From: Nitratidesulfovibrio vulgaris str. Hildenborough
GTDB taxonomy: Bacteria > Desulfobacterota > Desulfovibrionia > Desulfovibrionales > Desulfovibrionaceae
DNA length: 32,000 nt
Direction: 5' to 3'
NCBI RefSeq assembly: GCF_000195755.1
Contig: NC_002937.3
Coordinates: 2,130,001-2,162,000 of the forward strand
Positions 24,133 through 32,000 of the stretch are shown in pieces. The notes beneath the pieces were generated by a model. It was not told the origin of the DNA, did no database searches, and was given only the letters and a program-made list of their open reading frames with translations. The first letter of the stretch is position 1. The number at the start of each line of letters is the position of its first letter. Both the position numbers and the translations under genes were made by a program.

Positions 24133-27100
24133 TCATATGGCCTTGGAAGTGGCCATCATGTAGATTTCGTGCGGGTCGAGGATGAGTATCACGCTACCGT
24201 CGCCCATGATGGTGGCACCGGAGATGCCTTTCAGGTCGCCCAGATAGGCTCCGAGGGGCTTGATGACGATCTCCTGCCGTTCAAGCAGCCTGTCCACCAC
24301 GAGGCCCAGGCGTCTGTCGTTGTCGTGGATGACCACGACCGACAGCACGTCCTGCGCGTCACTCCTTGGCAGGGCAAGCAACTCGGAGAGGTCGACGATG
24401 CCAAGCACCTCGCCACGCAAGGTGACCGCCTTGCGGCCCTTCACATCGGTGAGGCGCCGCGCCTCTATCTTGGTGGTCTCCGAGACGGCATCGAGCGGGA
24501 TGGCATACATCTGCCCGGCGACATTGACCATGAGTGCGTCGATGATGGCAAGGGTGAGGGGCAGGGAGAGCGTGAACCGAGTCCCTTTGCCCACCTCTGA
24601 ATGGATGCTGACGCTGCCCTTGAGGTTCTTGATGTTGGTACGCACCACGTCCATGCCGACGCCGCGTCCGGAGATGTCGGTAATCTTCTCAGCCGACGAG
24701 AAACCGGGAGCGAAGATGAGTTCCATCGCCTCGCGGTCGTCCATGGCCTTGGCTTCTTCAGGCGTGACGATGCCTTTGCGGACAGCCACTTCGCGCATCT
24801 TTTCAGGGTCGATGCCCTTGCCGTCGTCCTCGATTTCGATGGCGACCGAGTTGCCCTTGTGGAATGCGCGCAAGGTGACGACGCCCTTCGGCTTCTTGCC
24901 CTTGGCGATACGTTCCTCTTCGGGTTCGACGCCATGGTCCACCGAGTTACGGATGAGGTGCACCAGCGGGTCGCCGATGACTTCTACGACGCTCTTGTCG
25001 AGTTCAGTCTCCTCGCCTTCAAGGACGAGGTCGACCTCCTTGCCGCTCTTGCGGGAAAGGTCGCGTACAAGGCGCGGGAAGCGGGAGAACACCGAAGAGA
25101 CAGGCACCATGCGGACCTTCATGATGGTGTCCTGAAGATCGTCGGATATGCGCGCCATGGCATACGTCGTCTCGGAGAGGTTCTGTGCCACCTCCGCCAC
25201 ATTGACCGACGCACCACCCTCTTCAAGGTGCCGCGCAAGCATGGAATAGCGGTTGCGGTTGATGATGAGCTCTCCGATGAGATTCATCAGGTGGTCGAGC
25301 TTCTCGTGGTCGACGCGAATGGTGGAAGACGCCTTGCTGCCACCTGCGGGCGGGCCGCCTGCAGGAGCGGCTGCCGGGGCCGACGCCGCTGCGGGGGCCG
25401 GGGCGGCGGGACGGGGCGGAGTCGCTACGGCCTTGGCAGGCGCGGCAGATGACGCAGCAGCCGCTTTGGGCGGAGTTGTCGCCGCCGCTACGGGCTTCGC
25501 TTCTGTCCCGGATGTGGCAGGGGCTGCGGGTTTTGCCGATGCGGCGGCCGCAGCCTGCCCGGCAGGAGCCGAAGCGGCGGCCTGAGCACCAGAAGATGCC
25601 GCGCTCTGGAATGCCGGCGCAGCCGGGACGGGCTCCGGCTTCTGGGCCGGTTTTTCCGATGAAGGTGCCCCCTGCGCGACGCTGCCGCTCTCGGGAGCCG
25701 ATGCAGAAGTCGTCGCTGCCGAAGACGGTGTACCGACTGTAGCCGCAGCAGGGGCCTCGCCCTGCTCGGATTCGGCGTCTCCACCGTTGAGGCAGTCCTC
25801 CATGCGGGCTATCTCTTTGCCGAGCATATCGCCGATGATCGAGGTCTCCTGCCGGAGCAGGTCGACCATCAGCCCGAAATCAAGATCCGCATTGCGCGCC
25901 TGATCGACGAGTCCGGCTGTCCGTTCCGCATAGAGGCGAACATCCTCGGCCCCCATGTAGGCGCACGAGTTCTGCACGGTGACCAGAAAACGGTAGAGCG
26001 CGTCGACATATTCCTTCTGGCTGGCATCACGTGCCAGTTCATCCAGACCGACCCGGATATTGTCCATCTGCTGGGCGACGGTCGCCTTGAAGACATCGAG
26101 GTCTTCAGCATCGTAGGTCGCCGAGGGGTCGCAGGCCGCTGCCTTCTGCTGCTCGCCCTTGGCGGGGGCGGCGGACTCATCGGCTGAATCGGCACCACCC
26201 TGCATGCTGCCTTCAGTGGTGGCGGTGCTTTCAGCCGCTGGTTGTGATGCGGCCTGCTTCGCCATCCCCACAATACCCACGGGCAGGCGGGCCTCGCCGC
26301 CAGCCACGGCCTGCTGAAGCGGTTCGAGCACTTCGGAGATATCGAATCCGTGCACCATGCCCGATGCCGTCTCGATGCGATTCACGAGCGCGTCGATGAC
26401 ATCGACCACGAACAGGAGCAGGTCGACGAGTTCTGCCGAAGACTGCATCTCGCCGCGCCGGATGTTGTTCAGGAGCGTCTCTGCCTCATGGGTGAGGCCG
26501 TTCAGCTCGCGGAAGCCGATGATGCCGCTGTTTCCCTTGAGGTTATGGAAAAAGCGGAACAGGTCGTTGACGCGGTCATCCTTCTCGTCGGGGTGCCGTT
26601 CGAGTTCGAGAAGCCCGGTACCGAGTTGCTCCGTCATCTCGCGGGCTTCATCGATGAAGTCCTTGAGATGCGCCTCACCGAAGGCAGTGAGGGCATACGA
26701 CTCCGTGTCGGGCAGGGCGGCAATCCATGCCGCGATACTCTCACCTTCGGTCATTCCCGACTCGTTTCCGCTGTCTCCGGAAGCGACGGGTACGGCGGCA
26801 TCCTGCACGGACGGCCCCTGCACGTTGTCGCCGACGCCTCCCGCTGCATCCGACGCCGACATACCGTCTGAAGGCTCATCGACAGTCGTGGCGACGATGC
26901 CGTCAGGCTCGACCGCCGCTTCATCGGCAGCCGGAGTGACCGCCGCCACCGGCTCGACAGGAGCAACAGGTGAAGCGGGGGCTGCGGGGGCAGCAGGGAC
27001 CGCGCCGCCACCGGCCATGATGGCATCAATGGTGGTGATGAGCGACTCGATGGCAACGTCGCCTTCCTGCCCGGAGCTTTCGAGGTTGTCGATCATCTGG

Positions 27101-27402
27101 CGCAAGGCGTCTGTCACGGCAAGGATGACGTCCATGATCTCGGATGTGACGACCATGGCACCCTTGCGGAGTTCATCGAGGATGTTCTCCGCCCTGTGGG
27201 CCAGCTGATTCATGCGGTTGAGGCCCAGAAAGCCCGATGCCCCCTTGAGCGAGTGCATCGGCCTGAAGATCTCGTTCAGCAGCGCGAGGTTGTCAGGAGC
27301 CTTCTCGAGTTCGAGCAGGTTCGGCTCGATGGTTTCGAGATGCTCTTTGGCTTCGACGATGAAATCGGCGAATATTTCCGGATCCATATATTCCTGAGTC
27401 AT
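24133..27402 (-). CDS. cheA: chemotaxis histidine kinase CheA with multiple HPt domains
   Basis: HPt motifs FRPMHSLKGASG and FRFFHNLKGNSG. Dimerisation region IRVDHEKLDHLMNLIGELII. HATPase boxes HLIRNSVDHGVE, DDGKGID and GRGVGMDVV. C-terminal CheW-like domain. Confidence 0.95.
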   Translation of the reverse strand: MTQEYMDPEIFADFIVEAKEHLETIEPNLLELEKAPDNLALLNEIFRPMHSLKGASGFLGLNRMNQLAHRAENILDELRKGAMVVTSEIMDVILAVTDALRQMIDNLESSGQEGDVAIESLITTIDAIMAGGGAVPAAPAAPASPVAPVEPVAAVTPAADEAAVEPDGIVATTVDEPSDGMSASDAAGGVGDNVQGPSVQDAAVPVASGDSGNESGMTEGESIAAWIAALPDTESYALTAFGEAHLKDFIDEAREMTEQLGTGLLELERHPDEKDDRVNDLFRFFHNLKGNSGIIGFRELNGLTHEAETLLNNIRRGEMQSSAELVDLLLFVVDVIDALVNRIETASGMVHGFDISEVLEPLQQAVAGGEARLPVGIVGMAKQAASQPAAESTATTEGSMQGGADSADESAAPAKGEQQKAAACDPSATYDAEDLDVFKATVAQQMDNIRVGLDELARDASQKEYVDALYRFLVTVQNSCAYMGAEDVRLYAERTAGLVDQARNADLDFGLMVDLLRQETSIIGDMLGKEIARMEDCLNGGDAESEQGEAPAAATVGTPSSAATTSASAPESGSVAQGAPSSEKPAQKPEPVPAAPAFQSAASSGAQAAASAPAGQAAAAASAKPAAPATSGTEAKPVAAATTPPKAAAASSAAPAKAVATPPRPAAPAPAAASAPAAAPAGGPPAGGSKASSTIRVDHEKLDHLMNLIGELIINRNRYSMLARHLEEGGASVNVAEVAQNLSETTYAMARISDDLQDTIMKVRMVPVSSVFSRFPRLVRDLSRKSGKEVDLVLEGEETELDKSVVEVIGDPLVHLIRNSVDHGVEPEEERIAKGKKPKGVVTLRAFHKGNSVAIEIEDDGKGIDPEKMREVAVRKGIVTPEEAKAMDDREAMELIFAPGFSSAEKITDISGRGVGMDVVRTNIKNLKGSVSIHSEVGKGTRFTLSLPLTLAIIDALMVNVAGQMYAIPLDAVSETTKIEARRLTDVKGRKAVTLRGEVLGIVDLSELLALPRSDAQDVLSVVVIHDNDRRLGLVVDRLLERQEIVIKPLGAYLGDLKGISGATIMGDGSVILILDPHEIYMMATSKAI

Positions 27403-27490
27403 ATCCTCACCTCTGCTCTCCGTGGAACCCCGAAACCGGCAGGGAAGCTACGCCGCATATCTGGCCTGCGCAAGTGCCCTGCATCGTTCC

Positions 27491-27517
27491 TTATCGGCTA
27501 GCCGAGCAACATCTTTA
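27491..27517 (-). promoter_or_regulatory. sigma-28 (FliA)-type promoter inside the 3' end of cheY, oriented toward cheA
   Basis: The minus strand reads TAAAGATG-ttgctcggcta-GCCGATAA. This is an exact match to TAAA-N15-GCCGATAA, and 6/8 plus 8/8 to the extended TAAAGTTT-N11-GCCGATAA consensus. It lies about 90 nt upstream of the cheA ATG. Confidence 0.55.
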
Positions 27518-27866
27518 TGTTCTTGACCATCTTTTCAGGTTGAGCGGGCTTGACCATGTAGAGGTTGGCCCCGAGGCTCATGCCCATCTGGATGTCCTTC
27601 TCCTGCCCTTCGGTGGAGAGTACCACGATGGGAAGGTTACGATAGGTATCCTGCTCACGCACGGTCTTGATGAACGTGAAGCCGTCCATGCGGGGCATGT
27701 TGACGTCGGAGATGATGAGGTCGACGCCCTCGGACGAATAGAGCTTTTCGAGACCGTCAAGTCCGTCTTCCGCCGTGGTCACCTTGAAGCCTTCCTTCTT
27801 CATGATGAAGGCGACGAGGTTACGGACGGTCTTCGAATCGTCGACGATGAGTATATGCTTGCTCAT
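27498..27866 (-). CDS. cheY: chemotaxis response regulator CheY
   Basis: 122 aa single REC domain with ILIVDDS, LIISDVNMPRMDG, VVLSTEG and YMVKP (all conserved CheY positions). AGGAGG lies 5 nt upstream and overlaps the cheW stop. Confidence 0.95.
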   Translation of the reverse strand: MSKHILIVDDSKTVRNLVAFIMKKEGFKVTTAEDGLDGLEKLYSSEGVDLIISDVNMPRMDGFTFIKTVREQDTYRNLPIVVLSTEGQEKDIQMGMSLGANLYMVKPAQPEKMVKNIKMLLG

Positions 27867-27875
27867 GTGTGCCTC

Positions 27876-28526
27876 CTAGCGTTTCAGGACGCTTTCCACG
27901 ATACGATCGACTGAGATGATGCCCACCAGCCGTTCACCGGCCTTGAGCAGCCCGGACACGAAGTCGACATTGATACCGAGATGCGATTCCACAGCCCAGT
28001 CTATGTCATTTTGCGACACCCTGTACATGGTGTGTACGCGTTCTATCATCAGTCCCACCTGCAACCCGTGCCTGCGGCAGACCACGATGAACCTGTCATC
28101 GTCGGCCCCGGTGGCCTGCACTTCGAGCAGGTCGCGCAAACGTACCAGCGGAGTGACCCGCCCGCGCAGGTTGATGATTCCGGCAAGATACGCAGGGGCG
28201 GCAGGCAACCTCGTAGGCGTCTGGAACCTGATGACCTCCTGGACGGCGACGCTGGGAACGGTGTATTCCTGCTCCCCCAGAAAGAAGGCCACCATCTGCA
28301 GTTCCGCCTCCTGGCGGATGATGACATCCAGCGGTGGTTCGCCGTCGGTCGCCGTCTCTACGGCGGCACCTGCGTCGATACCGATACGCTTGAGGATGTC
28401 GCCCTCCTCCACGCCGAGGTACTTCTGCATGAACGCCCTCTCCGCCGCGGAAAAACCCTCGCCGCGACCGGTGGCCCCCAGTTCGAAGTCCTGCTGCTGG
28501 AAATATTCCTCCGGTGATTTCACCAT
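27876..28526 (-). CDS. cheW: CheW-like coupling protein with a roughly 75-aa N-terminal extension
   Basis: CheW domain FFLGEQEYTVPSVAVQEVIRFQTPTRLPAAPAYLAGIINLRGRVTPLVRLRDLL...VGLMIERV. Its ATG overlaps the ParA-like gene's stop by 7 nt. Confidence 0.9.
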   Translation of the reverse strand: MVKSPEEYFQQQDFELGATGRGEGFSAAERAFMQKYLGVEEGDILKRIGIDAGAAVETATDGEPPLDVIIRQEAELQMVAFFLGEQEYTVPSVAVQEVIRFQTPTRLPAAPAYLAGIINLRGRVTPLVRLRDLLEVQATGADDDRFIVVCRRHGLQVGLMIERVHTMYRVSQNDIDWAVESHLGINVDFVSGLLKAGERLVGIISVDRIVESVLKR

Positions 28527-29296
28527 AATGCCGTCACTTCATCGGCCAGTTGCTCGTAGCCTTTAGCGCCACGGCTGGCCGGGTCGATGTCATATATGAC
28601 GCGCCCTTGCGCGCTTGCTTCACGAAACCGCGTGTCCACACCGATGACCGAGGCGAACATGCGAGGCCCCAGCTTCCGTCCCAGCAATTCCAGCACCCGC
28701 GTGCAGGCCTTGGCGCGCCGGTCGTACATGGTAGCCAGCGCCATGTAGCGCACGGGCTGCGGCAAGACCTTGTTGAGCACCCGTATGGTATCGAACAGCA
28801 ACTTCAGGCCATGCAGGGCGAGAAAGTCCGTCTGAATGGGGATGACCAGCAAGTCTGCGGCAACCAGCGCATTCACCAGCAGAATGCCCACATGCGGCGG
28901 ACAGTCGAGCAGGATGTAGTCGTAACGGTCGCGGACGAGCGATACGGCATCCTGCAGGATGGCCCCCTTGCCCTTGCGGTTCTTGAGGTCGACCTCCAGT
29001 TCCGAAAGCCTGATGCTGGCGGCGACGACATCCCAGTCCTGCCCTTCGTTGCGGCGGACGATACGCTTCCAGAGTTCGCCATACGCAGCGGGTTCCGCCA
29101 TGAACAGGTCGTGAACCGTGGCGTCCAGTTCCTCCGGATAGAAGCGCAGGTGCACCGACGCACAGGCATGCGGGTCGAGGTCGATGATGAGCACACGCAA
29201 CCCCTTGCGCGCCAGGGCCGCGCCAAGGCTCAGCGTGGTGGTCGTCTTGCCGACGCCGCCCTTCTGGTTGGCTATGGCGATGACCTTTGCACCCAT
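28520..29296 (-). CDS. ParA/MinD-family ATPase embedded in the chemotaxis cluster (ParC/PpfA-like)
   Basis: Deviant Walker A VIAIANQKGGVGKTTTT, followed by LIIDLDPH and YDYILLDCPP, typical of ParA/Soj-like ATPases. Confidence 0.9.
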   Translation of the reverse strand: MGAKVIAIANQKGGVGKTTTTLSLGAALARKGLRVLIIDLDPHACASVHLRFYPEELDATVHDLFMAEPAAYGELWKRIVRRNEGQDWDVVAASIRLSELEVDLKNRKGKGAILQDAVSLVRDRYDYILLDCPPHVGILLVNALVAADLLVIPIQTDFLALHGLKLLFDTIRVLNKVLPQPVRYMALATMYDRRAKACTRVLELLGRKLGPRMFASVIGVDTRFREASAQGRVIYDIDPASRGAKGYEQLADEVTALW

Positions 29297-29346
29297 CAGC
29301 AGACACTCTCCTCCGGCACACGTTGCACGCTCCGTTCCCTCATGGC

Positions 29347-30222
29347 CTAGGCCAGCTTCCTGTAGATGATGGCCCCGGTGTGATGCTCGGGCTTGAAGGC
29401 GCGGCTGATGTTGTGCAGCGACTCCGAATGGCCGATGAGCAGATAGCCCCCCGGCAGCAGGTTGTCGTAGAACGAACCTATCACCTGCTTCTTCATCTCA
29501 TCGTCGAAGTAGATGATGACGTTGCGGCAGAAGACGATCTGCGACCGCTCGACCCGCTTGAGCTGCGTTCTGTCGCTGAGGTTGATCTGTCCGAACTGCA
29601 CCAGCTGCTGCACCTTGGGGTCGATACGGTACTGCGTACCTTCCTTGATGAAGTAGCGGCTGATGATATCCGGCGGCGTAGTACGCAGCGCGTAGTCCGA
29701 GTACATCCCCTTTCGCGCCGAGGCGAGCACCGCTTCCGAGAGGTCGTTGGCCGTGATGCGGATATCCCAGCTTGCGATTTCGGAACGCAGCACCTCATGC
29801 AGGATGATGCCCAGCGTATAGGGCTCTTCACCCGTCGAGCACCCGGCTGACCAGATGCGCAGGCGCTTCTGCCCTTTGGCGCGCAACTCGGCGATCACCG
29901 CGCCCAGCACCTTCTCCTGAAAGACCTGCAGCTGTGGCGGGTTACGATAGAAACTCGTCTCGTTGGTGGTGACCACCTCGAAGAGCTTGTTCAGTTCCGT
30001 ACGTTTGTTGGCGTCATAGCGCAGGTACTGGTAGTACTCGCCGAAGCTCTTCAGGTTGAGATCCTTCAACCTGTTGGAGAGCCTGTTCTCAACGAGGTAC
30101 TTGCGGTTCTCGGCGATATAGATGCCGCATTGCTGGTAGATGAAGTCGCGCAGCTGAACGAACTCCTCATCGGAGATCTTCAGTTCCGTCCTCAACGTGA
30201 TGGATTTGGCAAACAGTGACAT
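29347..30222 (-). CDS. cheR: chemotaxis protein methyltransferase CheR
   Basis: FVQLRDFIYQQCGI...TNETSFYRNPPQLQVF...RIWSAGCSTGEEPYTLGI...FCRNVIIYFD are the CheR N-terminal and SAM-MTase motifs. ATG at 30222 overlaps the HEAT-gene stop (TGATG). The track's first codon at 30225 is GTG. Confidence 0.9.
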   Translation of the reverse strand: MSLFAKSITLRTELKISDEEFVQLRDFIYQQCGIYIAENRKYLVENRLSNRLKDLNLKSFGEYYQYLRYDANKRTELNKLFEVVTTNETSFYRNPPQLQVFQEKVLGAVIAELRAKGQKRLRIWSAGCSTGEEPYTLGIILHEVLRSEIASWDIRITANDLSEAVLASARKGMYSDYALRTTPPDIISRYFIKEGTQYRIDPKVQQLVQFGQINLSDRTQLKRVERSQIVFCRNVIIYFDDEMKKQVIGSFYDNLLPGGYLLIGHSESLHNISRAFKPEHHTGAIIYRKLA

Positions 30223-32000
30223 CACTCACCCTCGCTGTCTTGTTCGCCCAGACGAGCGACAGCATCTTCGGCAGCCTGCTGGATCTCGGGGTCTTCATGC
30301 TCCATGAGCGCGAGAAGTGCCCGGAACGCCATGTTGCCGCCAATGGAACCAAGGGCTTCGATGATCTTGAGCAACACGAGGTTGCCTGCGCCATCCACCC
30401 GTTCGATGAGCGGCGTCACGCATTCCTTCCGCCCCAGACGACCGAGGGCTTCGATGGCACGCACCCGGACCCAGTCATCCTCGTCATCCAGCGCCTCCAG
30501 CAGGTGGCCGATGACCGATTCCTCAGGGCACGCCCCGAAAAGGTCGACGAGGGCGAGCCGCACTTCACGTACGGGGTCGTGCATGAGCGGCACGACGAGT
30601 TCCAGATGCTCGGGCGTGATGGGACACGTTCCGGCAAGAGCCTCAAGCGCCACCTTGCGCACGTCAGGCACATCATCCACCAGCGCCTCACGCAGCACGT
30701 CGAGGTTGCCGTCGACGTCAAGCCGCCCCATGGCATAGGTCGCCATCATGCGCTGCAACGGGTCTCCGGAATGGAAACGCTCCCTGAAGCTCGCGCAGAG
30801 TGAGACATCCTGTAGCGCGATGCAGGCTTCGAGCGCGGCCTCTTTGACATCGTCGTAGGGATGGTCGAGCAGGGCGAGCATGCGTTCGCCCACGCCCGCT
30901 GGCCTCGCGCGGTGTCCGAGGAAGTGCAGTGCGGCCTTGATGACATGGGCGTCTTCGGCCCGTTCGAGCAGGTCGAGGAAGAAGTCCACGTCCTCAAGGC
31001 TTGCGATGCGCGCCAGTTGCGTGGCGATGGCCCGCTGCGCGTCGCGCCCCTTGTCCCAGAATATCCGTTTCAGGGCCGGGACGATCTCGGCGGGATTCAT
31101 ATCCGCAGCCGCTTCAACCACCATGAGGATGGTGGATTCGTTCTCGTCGCTGAGGGCCTCTTCCACCGCTTCGTTGAACCCGATGCCACCGATGCAGCGA
31201 ATGGCGGCTTCGAGGCGCTCATGGTCACGGTCGGGGTCGAGTCGTGCCGCAAGCCGCAGCACGGCCACGGTCGCCTCTGCCTGCCCGAGGCTGGCAAGCC
31301 CGACCATGGCGGCGTCCTGCACTTCCTCGTCTTCGTCATCAAGTGCGGCAAGCAGGTAGGCGCCAAGACGCTGCTGTTCCCTTTCGCCCAGAAGCGAGAG
31401 CGACTTCTTGCCGAGGATGGAGACGATGGCCCGCACGATCTTGTTCCGCAGCGGCGTCGGTGACTTCTCGATACGCTTGAGCAGAAGCGGCACGGCCTTG
31501 AGGTTGCCCATCTCGCCGAGCGCGTCGACGATCATGGACGCCACGAGGTCGGATGTGGTGTCGAGGGCCTTCACGAGGGCGTTGACCGAAGATTCTGCGC
31601 GAATCTTGATGAGGGCCTCGATGACGGAGAACTGCACCCATTCCTCGTCCTGCATGGCCTTGTTGAGGCAGTCGGCCGCCTCGGGGAAGGCCAGCGTGCC
31701 AAGGCTCACCGCCGCCTGATAGCGTACGTTCACCTCGGGGTCGCGCAGGAGCGCCTCGCACAGTGCGGGCACGGCGAGGATACTGCCGGAGGTGCCGAGG
31801 ATGTCAGAGGCGAAGATGCGGATGTCCGGGTCTTCGTCATGAAGCAATTGCTTGAGCGCATCGAACTCGTCACGCCCGATGTCACGCAGGATATCCATGG
31901 ATATGTTGCGGATGGGCGCATCGTCCGAGCGCAGAAGGGGTATGACCCCCGCCACGGCAGCCGCGCCGCCGATCTTGCGAAGGGCGTTGTCCACAGCTTC
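30222..32000 (-). CDS. HEAT / PBS-lyase-like repeat protein (5' end lies beyond the window)
   Basis: Repeated units of the type DPxVRxxAxxALGxxG (DPEVNVRYQAAVSLGTLA, VPDVRKVALEALAGT, DDWVRVRAIEALGRLG, DPEIQQAAEDAVARLG). The frame remains open to base 32000 (the codon at 31994 is GTG, not a convincing start). Confidence 0.85.
   Translation of the reverse strand, partial: EAVDNALRKIGGAAAVAGVIPLLRSDDAPIRNISMDILRDIGRDEFDALKQLLHDEDPDIRIFASDILGTSGSILAVPALCEALLRDPEVNVRYQAAVSLGTLAFPEAADCLNKAMQDEEWVQFSVIEALIKIRAESSVNALVKALDTTSDLVASMIVDALGEMGNLKAVPLLLKRIEKSPTPLRNKIVRAIVSILGKKSLSLLGEREQQRLGAYLLAALDDEDEEVQDAAMVGLASLGQAEATVAVLRLAARLDPDRDHERLEAAIRCIGGIGFNEAVEEALSDENESTILMVVEAAADMNPAEIVPALKRIFWDKGRDAQRAIATQLARIASLEDVDFFLDLLERAEDAHVIKAALHFLGHRARPAGVGERMLALLDHPYDDVKEAALEACIALQDVSLCASFRERFHSGDPLQRMMATYAMGRLDVDGNLDVLREALVDDVPDVRKVALEALAGTCPITPEHLELVVPLMHDPVREVRLALVDLFGACPEESVIGHLLEALDDEDDWVRVRAIEALGRLGRKECVTPLIERVDGAGNLVLLKIIEALGSIGGNMAFRALLALMEHEDPEIQQAAEDAVARLGEQDSEGE

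Noticed and set aside
23254-24600. 448-aa plus-strand ORF spanning the membrane-protein gene (other frame), the terminator and the cheA 3' end
   Set aside because: It crosses a strong bidirectional terminator and has Arg/His/Pro-rich composition. The in-frame hydrophobic reading (23102-24058) and cheA explain the region.

Overview
This is a visibly GC-rich bacterial chromosomal window, densely coding on both strands. I found no rRNA, tRNA, CRISPR array, IS element or prophage signature. The gene content and order remind me of Desulfovibrio-type sulfate reducers; that is recollection, not something I can verify here.

Gene content, left to right:
- a small membrane ORF and a TVP38/DedA-family membrane protein (+)
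- metG and a PSP1/RicT-like gene (-)
- an HD-domain hydrolase and a GT2 glycosyltransferase (+)
- a 6-phosphofructokinase followed tightly by an AddA/AddB-type helicase-nuclease pair (+)
- an NMO/FabK-like flavoenzyme (+)
- a tight minus-strand string: YbgF/CpoB-like TPR lipoprotein, DprA, a small DUF3391-like protein, an HDOD protein, an atypical REC-GGDEF protein and a XerC/D-type recombinase
- a polytopic membrane protein (+)
- a minus-strand chemotaxis cluster: HEAT-repeat protein (partial), CheR, ParA-like ATPase, N-terminally extended CheW, CheY and a very long CheA

I do not see a clear-cut new defence or mobile system. The observations most worth a second look are:
1. A ParC/ParP-like ParA plus extended-CheW pair with a HEAT-repeat protein inside the che cluster.
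2. A CheA with two His-bearing HPt domains plus one His-less HPt-like domain.
3. An exact sigma-28 consensus promoter embedded in the 3' end of cheY, pointing at cheA.
4. A REC-GGDEF protein with a GGDDF signature and a receiver lacking the conserved Lys, translationally coupled to an HDOD protein and bracketed by dprA and xer.
5. Unusually long low-complexity insertions in housekeeping proteins (DprA, Xer, PSP1, AddA, CheA).
6. A 9-bp tandem repeat and several structured leaders in intergenic DNA.

Many long ORFs in the six-frame track are GC-rich shadow frames and were rejected. The track also uses GTG starts (for example metG and the first codon listed for cheR).
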